DNA of 64,000 nucleotides from an uncultured Clostridia bacterium (GCA_934247225.1 CAKQJE010000009.1:15295-79294); one strand, 5' to 3'. Positions 52,842-61,633 are shown, counted from the first letter of the stretch. The notes: generated by a model not told the origin, from the letters alone. Translations and numbers: made by a program.

Positions 52842-53894
52842 TTATCCGATAAGCTTATAAAGAATCACCATAAGTCTGAACGTCATCGCGTCCTGGAACT
52901 TACGGATATCGAGACCCGTTGCCTTTTCTATTTTATCGAGCCTGTACATAAGCGTGTTTCTGTGCATGAAAAGATTTCTCGAAGCTTCCGAAACGTTAAG
53001 ATTTGCCTTTAAAAATTCCGTTGCCGTTTCGAGCATTTCAGGATCTGCGAAAACGCTTTTCGTGTCAGGCTCGGAAAGCACGTCGAGAAATTCTTCGAGT
53101 TTATATTTCGGCAGATCTTCGAGCATTTTTACGAAAACGTACTCCTTATACGTCGCGACTACCGTTTTCATCTCGAAAAGAGCACCCATTCTGACGGCGA
53201 TCGTGGCTTGCTTATACGAGACCGCGCTGTCCGAAAACGAACGAACCGTTCCTCCGACGCCGATTTTGACTTTTATCCCGAGTTCTTCCTCGATCGATTG
53301 TGCCATAAGATACGCGTAATCCGTCAGAGACTGAAACTCGTTTTCCTGCGAAGCTCCGTCGCAAAATCTTACGTAAGCGCAGGAAATTTCGTCCGTTGCG
53401 ACGACGATGTCGATCGCGCTCGATTTGAAATTCTCCAAAAAGTCGATAAGATCGGGAGAAATTCCCTCCTGAACGCTTAACACGCACACCGAACAAGGCA
53501 TATCGGGAACGCCGAATTTGCGCATATATTTTTGAGCCTGCAACGAATTGCAGTCGCCTAATATAACGTTTTTAAGCGTATCTTTTTTACTTACGGGAAC
53601 TTCCTTTCCGCCTATATTTTCTAACATTACGGAAATTATCCCCGCAACGCGTTCGCCCTCGTGCGCATTGTCGTCGACATAGCCGACGTATTCGTCCGAT
53701 CTATGGCGAAATTTAAAATACGTTTTTCCTTTTTCGGGTTCGTTTTTAACCCCGTCGACCTTTCCTTCGGCACGTTCTATCATTTCGCCCGCAACGGGTG
53801 AATAACTGTCGTCGCCATTTTCGAGATAAACCCTGACGACCACGCCCGTCCTCTGTCTGACGGAATCTATAAGCCCTGTTATTTCGTTATCCAT
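52842..53894 (-). CDS. PucR/CdaR family transcriptional regulator
   Basis: C-terminal PucR HTH (SEASRNLFMHRNTLMYRLDKIEKATGLDIR). Confidence 0.8.
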   Translation of the reverse strand: MDNEITGLIDSVRQRTGVVVRVYLENGDDSYSPVAGEMIERAEGKVDGVKNEPEKGKTYFKFRHRSDEYVGYVDDNAHEGERVAGIISVMLENIGGKEVPVSKKDTLKNVILGDCNSLQAQKYMRKFGVPDMPCSVCVLSVQEGISPDLIDFLENFKSSAIDIVVATDEISCAYVRFCDGASQENEFQSLTDYAYLMAQSIEEELGIKVKIGVGGTVRSFSDSAVSYKQATIAVRMGALFEMKTVVATYKEYVFVKMLEDLPKYKLEEFLDVLSEPDTKSVFADPEMLETATEFLKANLNVSEASRNLFMHRNTLMYRLDKIEKATGLDIRKFQDAMTFRLMVILYKLIG

Positions 53895-53956
53895 TGTAAT
53901 AATTCCTTTTTTTCGCGTTTTCGCGGCGATTTCTTAAAATCGCTCCGCATTTATAG

Positions 53957-53988
53957 ACCTCTTGTTTAAACCTCTTGATAACCTCTTG
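53957..53988 (-). promoter_or_regulatory. Three direct CAAGAGGT repeats upstream of the PucR-family gene
   Basis: ACCTCTTG on the plus strand at 53957, 53970 and 53981. The nearest copy abuts a TATAAA -10-like hexamer (53950-53955 on the plus strand). Confidence 0.5.
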
Positions 53989-54018
53989 TCGAAACGTTAT
54001 AATCCTTTTTTCAAAGTT

Positions 54019-55248
54019 TTATAACCCTCTTGCCGAAGCGCAAAAATCGAGACATTCCTTTTTTGTAAAGACAAGATCGTCCAATTTCGTTCTGTAATTA
54101 TAGAAAAACGCGTAAAGCTCCTCAATTTTTTCCGCGCCGTTAAACGGTATAACGACTTTGAATGCTCCGTCCTTTTTAACGAACGCCCGCGAAATTTTGT
54201 CTCCGACGAAACCTTTCGATTTAAGCGTTCCCTCTATCCGTTTTTCGATATCGATAAGGGTGAAAACGATATACGGAGCATAATTTAAAGCCTGAACGTT
54301 TTCGGCAAGAAAACGCGTTGTATCGAGTCCGCCGCGAACCGAGTCCGAGTCGCAATCAACATCGAAAAACCGCTCTATAAGTCGATTAACGCCGCTAATC
54401 GTCGTATTCCGATAGAAATATCCCATTGCGTGAACATACAACAATCCGCCGTCTCCGCAGATCGTTACCACGCTTTTTTTTCTGTAAATCGCGAGCTTTT
54501 TATCACGATAAACAAACAGACAATAATCGTCGCCGAGAGTCGTTTTCACCCCTCTCGCTTGTTTAAAAACATATTCGCAAAGCGGTTCGTATTCGCCCGT
54601 GCCGCTTATTTTGCAACCTATCCCCGAAACGACCTGCTTTTTACCATCGAACAACGCGGCTTTCGCGAGCTTGTCCACCTCTTCGTTATAACTGTTATTG
54701 CTATGACCTTTGACTTTTTCGAAAACGATTTTAAGCGCGCCCGCGTATCTTTTGAGCCTGTTCATATAATAGACCGAAACCGCGCCTTTTGCTTGCCAGC
54801 GACCTTCCGCCCAAGCAGATAAACCTTCGTAGTCGTGATAAATTTTAAGCTTGTCGCAGCCGTTTAAAAAAGCCCATTTCACTGCTTCGAGCGCGCCGAG
54901 AATTTCTCCCGCGACGTTTCTCGACGAAAGAAATTCGGGATTATTTCCGCTGTCGCAAAACGAAAAACGACTGCCGTCCGGCAAAAAAGCTATCGCGCCG
55001 AACGAATATTTTCCCGTCGACTCCTCATAGCTCCCGTCCGTATACGCAACGGCATAACCGTTTTTCATATCTTCCTTAACGGCGTTTTCGGCGTAGTCCT
55101 CGCCCGAAAAATAACATTCGGCTTCCTTTTTCGAGGAAAAACTCTTGTATTTATAACCTTTCTTGCCGGCGAGGAACTCCTTGCAGGAATCCCAGTCGGT
55201 GAAAAGGTGTTTTTCATCGTTACCTTTAACGGCGTAATACTTGCTCAA
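54019..55248 (-). CDS. RNase H1 (N-terminal hybrid-binding domain + RNase H domain) fused to an uncharacterised ~200-aa C-terminal region
   Basis: KYYAVKGNDEKHLFTDWDSCKEF...YKSFSSKKEAECYF (RNase H1 N-domain/viroplasmin-like), AYTDGSY and HSNNSYNEEVDKLAK (RNase H core). TTG start. Confidence 0.8.
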   Translation of the reverse strand: MSKYYAVKGNDEKHLFTDWDSCKEFLAGKKGYKYKSFSSKKEAECYFSGEDYAENAVKEDMKNGYAVAYTDGSYEESTGKYSFGAIAFLPDGSRFSFCDSGNNPEFLSSRNVAGEILGALEAVKWAFLNGCDKLKIYHDYEGLSAWAEGRWQAKGAVSVYYMNRLKRYAGALKIVFEKVKGHSNNSYNEEVDKLAKAALFDGKKQVVSGIGCKISGTGEYEPLCEYVFKQARGVKTTLGDDYCLFVYRDKKLAIYRKKSVVTICGDGGLLYVHAMGYFYRNTTISGVNRLIERFFDVDCDSDSVRGGLDTTRFLAENVQALNYAPYIVFTLIDIEKRIEGTLKSKGFVGDKISRAFVKKDGAFKVVIPFNGAEKIEELYAFFYNYRTKLDDLVFTKKECLDFCASARGL

Positions 55249-55573
55249 TTTAACTTTGTGCCGATTTCGACACTCTCCCGAATATATTTTAACACAAAAA
55301 ATATTTTTTTACAACTATATATGAAATTTTAACCGTTGCGGAATCGATTTTACCCACTAAAAACGTTAAATTTCTTCAAAAACTACCCTTTCGGCAATTT
55401 CCGTTACTTGTTTTCTCCTTTCGGGAGAAATGTCGCCGAGATAATTACGTAACGATTAAAATATTCTTTCGTCGTTATCGTGTTCCGAAATATCTCCGGA
55501 CAAAAACAGGCTTATCGGTTAAGGTAAAGCTACTTGCAAGCAATAAAAGACTCGCCGTTTACCGGCAAGCCCA

Positions 55574-55612
55574 TTGTGTAATATTCTTGTATAATATCAT
55601 TGTATAATATCA
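55574..55612. repeat. Three tandem 13-mers (TTGTGTAATATTC, TTGTATAATATCA, TTGTATAATATCA)
   Basis: Direct reading of 55574-55612. The last two copies are identical and each contains TGTATAAT. Confidence 0.85.
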
Positions 55613-55642
55613 TCGAAAGCAAAACGGCGTTTTAGGGCAAAA

Positions 55643-55682
55643 ATAAAAGACTGCCTCGTCGCAATCGCGCAACAAGGCAGCC
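55643..55682 (-). terminator. Terminator after the Hpt gene
   Basis: Minus strand has a CTGCCT...AGGCAG stem (with further imperfect pairing inside the loop) followed by TCTTTTATTTTTG. Confidence 0.55.
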
Positions 55683-55691
55683 TTGAAAATT

Positions 55692-56048
55692 TTATCCTTT
55701 TACATATTCTTTTATCGCCGAAATCACATTTTCGTAGTCGGCTTTCACCTTTTCGAAAAGCTCGTCCGCATTCGTCGTAAAAGCCCCGCCGCGCAAAACT
55801 TCCGTTAATTCCGCCGCGGATTTTCCGAGCGCCGTAAAGCCGAGATTTTGCGCAACGCCTTTTAAGGTGTGCGCTCCTCTGAAAGCCTTCTCGGCATCCC
55901 GCTCGCGCATACCTTCGTTAAGCACGGAAAAGCTGTCGTCGGCGACAAACTTCACGACAAAACGCGAAACGAGTTCTTCGGATATAAGCCTTTTCACAAC
56001 GTCGTCATAATCTCCGACGATAGAATTATAAAGCTGTTTAAGAGTCAT
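55692..56048 (-). CDS. Hpt (histidine phosphotransfer) domain protein
   Basis: 118 aa with the FRGAHTLKGVAQNLGF phospho-His motif. Confidence 0.88.
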   Translation of the reverse strand: MTLKQLYNSIVGDYDDVVKRLISEELVSRFVVKFVADDSFSVLNEGMRERDAEKAFRGAHTLKGVAQNLGFTALGKSAAELTEVLRGGAFTTNADELFEKVKADYENVISAIKEYVKG

Positions 56049-56051
56049 ATT

Positions 56052-58223
56052 CTACCCCCCCCCCCGAGTTTTTTTGACTAATCTTTGAACACACATCACA
56101 AGTTTATCACCGTCTATCGGTTTTGCGATGTGAGCGTTCATTCCTGCCGCACGGGCATTTTCGACATCGTCCGCAAATGCGCTTGCAGTCATCGCGATTA
56201 TCGGAATGGTTTCCGCATCCGAACGTCCCGAGGCTCTGATTTCCCTCGTTGCGGTAAGTCCGTCCGTAACGGGCATCATAACGTCCATTAAAATAGCGTC
56301 GATACTGCCTTCTTCGCTCGCGTTGAAAATATCGACGGCTTCTTTTCCGTCTTTTGCCGAAATTATATTCGCCCCCGCGACTTTGAGAACGAACTCGACT
56401 ATTTCAAAATTAAGTTCGTTATCTTCGGCGACGAGAATGTTAAGTCCTTTCAGCCTGTCTTTTTCGTCCGCAACGGGAACGATCGCGGGCTTCTCGCGAC
56501 CTTCCGCGACTTTCAGTTTTATCTCGACGATAAACGTGGTTCCCTCGCCTTTCTTACTCTCGGCAAGTATCGTCCAGCCCGCTCTGTCGACAAGTTTTTT
56601 AACTATCGAAAGACCTAAGCCTACGCCTTCGAGAGTTGTTCCGTCGGTCTGATTTTCGCGCTCGAAAGGCTCGTACATTTTCTTTAAAAACTCCTCGTTC
56701 ATTCCGATGCCCGTGTCGGCGCACTTGCATTCAAAGGAAACCACTCCGTCTTTAAAACCCGTTTCCACGCACGAAACGGTTATTTTTCCGTTCGGCTTGT
56801 TATATTTTATAGCGTTGCTGACAAGGTTTGTAAAAATTCGCTTTAACTGAACTTTTCCGCCGTAAACGTAATCGTGAACGATAACGTACGGTATAACGAC
56901 AATCGAAATGCCCGCTTCTTTGGTCTGTACGCCCGTAAAGGTTTCGACTTCTTCCAGAAGTTCCGACATAACGAAATATTCGTCTTTCCAGACGGGTTCG
57001 GTTGTATAAAGTTTGTTCATATCGAGAATATCGTTTACGAGATCGAGAAGATATCCGGAAACGTCCCAGATTTTTTCGCGGCACTCGCGTTGTTTTTCGG
57101 GATCATCGTAATAATATTCGCCTATTTTAACCATTCCGCGAATACCGTTTATCGGCGTTCGTAAATCGTGGCTCATTCGTCTTAAAAAGTCGGTTTTAGC
57201 CTCGTTCGCGCGGATTGCTTCGGCTGCGAGTTTTTCTTTTTCCAAACGATATGCTTCGTCTCGTTTTTCCTGTTCTTCGCGTTTTTTACGGATAGTTACA
57301 GCTCTTACGGTTATGATAACCGAAACGGCGAGAAGATAAAACAGGAGAAGATAAGGAAGAATCATCGATCGCCCGCCGAAAACGTCGGAATTAGGTATAT
57401 ACGTGTAAATGTATAATTCCCGACTCTGAGATCTTATTCCGTAATAAATTCCGTCGTCTTCGATACGGATAAGCTCGTTAAAAGCGTCGCTTTTTCTTAA
57501 CTTCCGTATAATCGGACAATCCTGAGCAAGCGTGCCGACCACGCCGTCGATATTTGCGGCAAGAACAACATTGCCGTCGGTAACGACAACAGTTCCGTCG
57601 GAAGCGAAAACATATCCTTTTAAAAGCGTTGCCACCGAAAATCTGTCGTCTTCGACCTCTTCGATCCGATGACGTCTGTAACACAAAACAACGCCGTTTC
57701 CGTCGTTACGGGAGACCATACTGTAATCATAATAGTAGCCGTTCTTTTTCAATCTTTCCGAATAACTTTTGAAAATATCGCCGGCAACAGAACCATATGT
57801 TTCGAAAAGGGTTTTCCATGTAGTCGCGTCTTCGTCGCCGTCGGAATAAAACGCAATTACTTCGCACGCCGCCGATCCTTTATCCGAAAAGGTCACAAAA
57901 ATGCCGTTCATCCTGTTACCTTCCGCAAACGATTGAATTTCGGCATCGAGATTGTCCGATTCGAAATCTATCATGCTCCTTATTACAAAAGCTTTATCGG
58001 AAACTTCGAACAAACTCCTGGAAGTATCTTCGCTTGAAAGCTCTTCGTAACGGATACACTGTTGTTTTACATACGTGCTGACCGCAATCATCTGTTCTTT
58101 TGCGTCTTTCTTATCGTTCGCCGTCGCTATAAGCGTTGCGAAAACACCTATTATAAGCCCTACCAGTATGAACAAAGCGATATGGACGATTCCTATCCCG
58201 GAATCGCTGTTTTTCTTAGTCAT
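56052..58223 (-). CDS. Hybrid sensor histidine kinase (extracytoplasmic sensor, HisKA, HATPase, REC)
   Basis: Two TM helices flank a ~250-aa sensor domain. H-box MSHDLRTPINGI, N-box NLVSNAIKYN, DTGIGM, GVGLGLS, and a receiver domain with ILMDVMMPVTDG. Confidence 0.92.
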   Translation of the reverse strand: MTKKNSDSGIGIVHIALFILVGLIIGVFATLIATANDKKDAKEQMIAVSTYVKQQCIRYEELSSEDTSRSLFEVSDKAFVIRSMIDFESDNLDAEIQSFAEGNRMNGIFVTFSDKGSAACEVIAFYSDGDEDATTWKTLFETYGSVAGDIFKSYSERLKKNGYYYDYSMVSRNDGNGVVLCYRRHRIEEVEDDRFSVATLLKGYVFASDGTVVVTDGNVVLAANIDGVVGTLAQDCPIIRKLRKSDAFNELIRIEDDGIYYGIRSQSRELYIYTYIPNSDVFGGRSMILPYLLLFYLLAVSVIITVRAVTIRKKREEQEKRDEAYRLEKEKLAAEAIRANEAKTDFLRRMSHDLRTPINGIRGMVKIGEYYYDDPEKQRECREKIWDVSGYLLDLVNDILDMNKLYTTEPVWKDEYFVMSELLEEVETFTGVQTKEAGISIVVIPYVIVHDYVYGGKVQLKRIFTNLVSNAIKYNKPNGKITVSCVETGFKDGVVSFECKCADTGIGMNEEFLKKMYEPFERENQTDGTTLEGVGLGLSIVKKLVDRAGWTILAESKKGEGTTFIVEIKLKVAEGREKPAIVPVADEKDRLKGLNILVAEDNELNFEIVEFVLKVAGANIISAKDGKEAVDIFNASEEGSIDAILMDVMMPVTDGLTATREIRASGRSDAETIPIIAMTASAFADDVENARAAGMNAHIAKPIDGDKLVMCVQRLVKKTRGGG
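56055..56065. repeat. Homopolymeric C11 (G11 on the coding strand)
   Basis: Direct reading. It encodes the terminal RGGG of the kinase and lies 6 nt upstream of the Hpt ATG. Confidence 0.95.
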
Positions 58224-59034
58224 AATCCACCACGCAGAAATCGGGGTTAAGCCCGTAAGAATTAAATAAATTTGCGAAATAGCCGTTGTTTTGCAACAAT
58301 GAAAAAGTTTTATTCGTTTTTTCTATAATGTCCGCATTGGTTCCGCGAAGAAACGCAACGCCGACCTGAACATCCAGAAGCGTCTCGTCGAGAATCCGAA
58401 GTTTCATCGTACTCGATTTCATGTATTCCAAAAGAACGGGTTCATGCCCAGCAATCGCATCGACATAACCTTCGTTCAGAGCGGCAAAAGTATAGGATAT
58501 ATTCGAAAAACAGTTCAATTGCTTTATTTTCGGGATATTTATTTTTGCGCCTGCTCTGCCCGAAAAAATCTCGTCCGGTTGAGTTGTTGCCTGAACCGCG
58601 ATTCTTTTATCTTCGAGATCGTCTATTTTCTTTATCGGGCTATCCGCTCTCACCGCAACGACCTCCCGACTGTTCATATAAGGCAAAGTCCACGAGTATT
58701 CGTTTTCTCTGCCCGTTAAAGAAAAGCAGCCCCACACGCAATCGATGTCGCCGCGCGCGAGATAAGAGTTTTTCTCGCTCCACGTGATATGCACGAATCT
58801 GGGCTTATAACCGATATGCCTGCACACTTCTTTCGCAAGCTCCACATCCAGCCCTGCAAACTCGCCGTTGTCGTCGCGATAAACGAACGGTTCATAATGG
58901 TCGACCCCGATAACAAGCTCGGGAAGATTGTTTTCGTTTTCGGCAGACTCACCGCCGCAACCGCAAAGCAAAATCAACGCCGAAAAAAGTGCCGTTATGA
59001 AAGCCGCCGCATTTCGGAAAAAAGATTTATTCAT
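58216..59034 (-). CDS. Family-3 solute-binding lipoprotein (amino-acid ABC SBP-like), no cognate permease nearby
   Basis: Lipoprotein-type signal (ALILLCGCGG) and an SBP_bac_3-like core. 8-nt overlaps with both neighbouring genes. Confidence 0.8.
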   Translation of the reverse strand: MNKSFFRNAAAFITALFSALILLCGCGGESAENENNLPELVIGVDHYEPFVYRDDNGEFAGLDVELAKEVCRHIGYKPRFVHITWSEKNSYLARGDIDCVWGCFSLTGRENEYSWTLPYMNSREVVAVRADSPIKKIDDLEDKRIAVQATTQPDEIFSGRAGAKINIPKIKQLNCFSNISYTFAALNEGYVDAIAGHEPVLLEYMKSSTMKLRILDETLLDVQVGVAFLRGTNADIIEKTNKTFSLLQNNGYFANLFNSYGLNPDFCVVDYD

Positions 59035-60976
59035 CAGGCAGATTCTCCTTGCTCGCTATTTTCTTAAAATTTTCCGAACACTCCCCGAGACACTCCAAAA
59101 TAAGCGGATTAAACGCCCCGCATTCCCCGTTCTCAATCATTTCCATCGCTTTTTCGTGCGAATAAGCGGGTTTGTAAGAACGTTTCGAGATAAGCGCGTC
59201 GTAAACGTCGCAAACGGAAACAACCTGCGCCGAAACCGGGATTTCGTTTCCTTTAAGTCCGTCGGGATAACCCTTTCCGTCGAACCGTTCGTGGTGGTAA
59301 CGGCAAATTTCGCGCGCGTACTTTATGAGCGGCTCTTTTTCGAATACTTTTATGTTGAGGAGCATTTTCTCGCCGAGAAGAGTATGAGTTTTCATTATTT
59401 CGAACTCTTCGGGGGTGAGTTTACCTTTTTTATCGACTATTTTGCGGTCTATTCTCACTTTTCCTATATCGTGCAAAGCCGCCGCCGTAGAAATAGCGTA
59501 AATTTCGTCGTTTTTAACGCCGTAAGCTTCTTTTTTCGTGACGTAACGCTCTAAAATAAGCTTTGTGAACTCCGTCATATGCCCCGCGTGCGTTCCGCCG
59601 ACGTCCTCTTCCGGATGTTCGATGATCTGACTTAAAATCTCTACGGTCATCATACGATTTTTGTCTTTAACCCGCATTTCGCGTTTTATTTCGGAAAGCA
59701 ACTGTTTTTGTTTGAAATAAACATTTATCGTGTTTGAAACGCGCCTGTATACTATTTTTGCATCGAAAGGACGGGTTATATAGTCGGAAACGCCTTTTTC
59801 GTAAGCGAGACGCATAGAATCGTTCGATTCGTCGCCCGTTATGGTTATAACCGGGATATCCGACATAAGCCCGCGCTCATTCATATAATCGAGAACGCCG
59901 AACCCGCTCATACCGGGCATAATGAGATCGAGAAGAACAACGGAAATATCCGCGCCGTAACGTTCGATTTGCGCGGTTGCTTCTTCTCCGCTTTCAGCCT
60001 CGATAATTTCGAACTCGTTTTTCAGAATACCCGACAGAATTTCACGGTTAAGCGAGGAATCGTCCACGATAAGCACTCGCTTTTTCCTCGGAATCAAATC
60101 GTCCGGCTTGTCGTTTCTTTTTATTTCGGTAATAACGCAGTCTTTTTTTTGTTTGGCGATATACATAAATTCGTCGGCTTTAACGACGGCGTTTTTAATC
60201 GTTTCTCCGCGGCATATGATTCCGCCCGCGGAAACGGACGGCTTAATGGCGGGATAATCGTCCACGACGGTTTCCTTGACGCTGTCGCAAATATCGCTTA
60301 AACACCTTTTGAAAGCTTCTTCTTTAACGCCGGGAACGACGATCAGAAATTCATCTCCGCCGTAGCGCACAACTTTATCCGTAAAACGCACGCAGCTTTT
60401 CACAGCCGCTGCGACGGCTTTAAGCACGGCGTCGCCTACACCGTGACCGAATAAGTCGTTATAAAGCTTGAAATCGTCGAGATCGATCATTGCGATGCCG
60501 CCGTTCAATTCTTCCCCCGCCAGAAATTCTTCGTAATAACGGCGATTATAAGTTTCGGTTAAGACGTCTGTATATGTTTTATCGAAATACTTCGCAAGAG
60601 GTTCGGCGTATCCGTCCTCATCCGCGTAATCGACGATCATATTTCCGTCGAACCCCCTTATCATTTCCATAACGCAGGGCTTTCCGTCCACTTCGCGGTA
60701 ATCGGCGATAACCTGAAAAATCCCGTCTTTGGTTTTCTGGATTTTGGAAAACTGCTTCTTTTCGGTAAGCGCGCGATAACTTATGCAGTTACGGCAAGCC
60801 GAACGCCTTTTCCAGACGTCGAAGCAATCGCCCGATATGCGCTTGTTTTCGCATTTTTCCGTTCTCGCACCGACCTCGTCTTCCGAAAGCAATCTTACCG
60901 AGGAAAACACGTTGCCGAGTATTTCCATTTCGGTTTTAACCTTATTTTCGGTTGTAATCCTGTAATCTTCCGACAT
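59027..60976 (-). CDS. Cys-rich N-domain / GGDEF / REC / HD-GYP multidomain c-di-GMP protein
   Basis: RYGGDEF preceded by RFTD (RxxD I-site) 5 residues upstream. Receiver domain (VLLDLIMPGMSG). HD-GYP motifs HDIGK and HHERFDGKGYP. Confidence 0.9.
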   Translation of the reverse strand: MSEDYRITTENKVKTEMEILGNVFSSVRLLSEDEVGARTEKCENKRISGDCFDVWKRRSACRNCISYRALTEKKQFSKIQKTKDGIFQVIADYREVDGKPCVMEMIRGFDGNMIVDYADEDGYAEPLAKYFDKTYTDVLTETYNRRYYEEFLAGEELNGGIAMIDLDDFKLYNDLFGHGVGDAVLKAVAAAVKSCVRFTDKVVRYGGDEFLIVVPGVKEEAFKRCLSDICDSVKETVVDDYPAIKPSVSAGGIICRGETIKNAVVKADEFMYIAKQKKDCVITEIKRNDKPDDLIPRKKRVLIVDDSSLNREILSGILKNEFEIIEAESGEEATAQIERYGADISVVLLDLIMPGMSGFGVLDYMNERGLMSDIPVITITGDESNDSMRLAYEKGVSDYITRPFDAKIVYRRVSNTINVYFKQKQLLSEIKREMRVKDKNRMMTVEILSQIIEHPEEDVGGTHAGHMTEFTKLILERYVTKKEAYGVKNDEIYAISTAAALHDIGKVRIDRKIVDKKGKLTPEEFEIMKTHTLLGEKMLLNIKVFEKEPLIKYAREICRYHHERFDGKGYPDGLKGNEIPVSAQVVSVCDVYDALISKRSYKPAYSHEKAMEMIENGECGAFNPLILECLGECSENFKKIASKENLPDE

Positions 60977-61042
60977 ATCAAAACCCCTCGTTTTCTAATT
61001 TTTTCTTTAGCGTAAAATAACGGCAAGCGCAAGCTCACCGTT

Positions 61043-61071
61043 ATTATATCAACATACAATTTTTTTTGCAA
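61043..61071 (-). promoter_or_regulatory. Near-consensus sigma-A promoter for the phosphorelay operon
   Basis: Minus strand reads TTGCAA (61071-61066), a 17-nt spacer ending in TG, then TATAAT (61048-61043). A hairpin ACGGTGAGC-TTGC-GCTTGCCGT followed by ATTTT (61013-61041) lies immediately downstream. Confidence 0.6.
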
Positions 61072-61075
61072 GCCT

Positions 61076-61621
61076 TTAAAAGCTTTCCTTGTACAAAACC
61101 AAAGATTCGGACGGTCGTTTCGGATTTTTCACTTCGTTAAGCGATAAACTGTAACCGCCGAGATCTTCGGCAACGATAACGCTGCCGAGCGAAGCCGAAT
61201 AATATATTGCGTCGGTTGTACGTACCGATTCGTTGCCGAAAGATCCGAACGTGTCTTTACCGATGTACCCGCCGTCGACCTTTTCGATTTTTCACATATA
61301 GTAAACGCCGTTATGGCGGTGATCGGTCACATTTTTTCTGCGACCCCCTCTTCGTAAAACGTAAACGTTTTTCCGTTGCGGCTTACTTTTCTTATAACCG
61401 ACGGATATAATTCGCAGTCTTCCGCGGTAAGGTCGTCAGCCGTTCCGGGCTTATCCCCTATCGAAGGAGCAAAAATTCCGTAGGTCGCCGTCGGGGACGA
61501 TTACGTTTGCGTAAGCCGAATAAGTTTTGCCCGTTCCGAAGAGTATCGCGAGAACGGAAACGCAAACGATTACCGCGACAAGAATAACTATGATAAACTT
61601 TTTGATAACGTACTTTTTCAT
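61076..61621 (-). pseudogene. Disrupted gene for a signal-anchored ~180-aa protein (2 frameshifts + in-frame TGA)
   Basis: Manual three-frame translation. Segment 1: MKKYVIKKFIIVILVAVIVCVSVLAILFGTGKTYSAYANVIV... Segment 2, after a frame change: ...TATYGIFAPSIGDKPGTADDLTAEDCELYPSVIRKVSRNGKTFTFYEEGVAEK. Segment 3, after a frame change at the A6 run (61332-61337): VTDHRHNGVYYM-TGA(61292-61294)-KIEKVDGGYIGKDTFGSFGNESV...LVLYKESF. Confidence 0.6.
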
Positions 61622-61633
61622 CTCCGTTCTCCT

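Noticed and set aside
56055-56065. G11 tract as a frameshift that truncates the histidine kinase
   Set aside because: The receiver domain is complete before the tract. All three frames reach a stop within a few codons, so tract length hardly affects the kinase itself.
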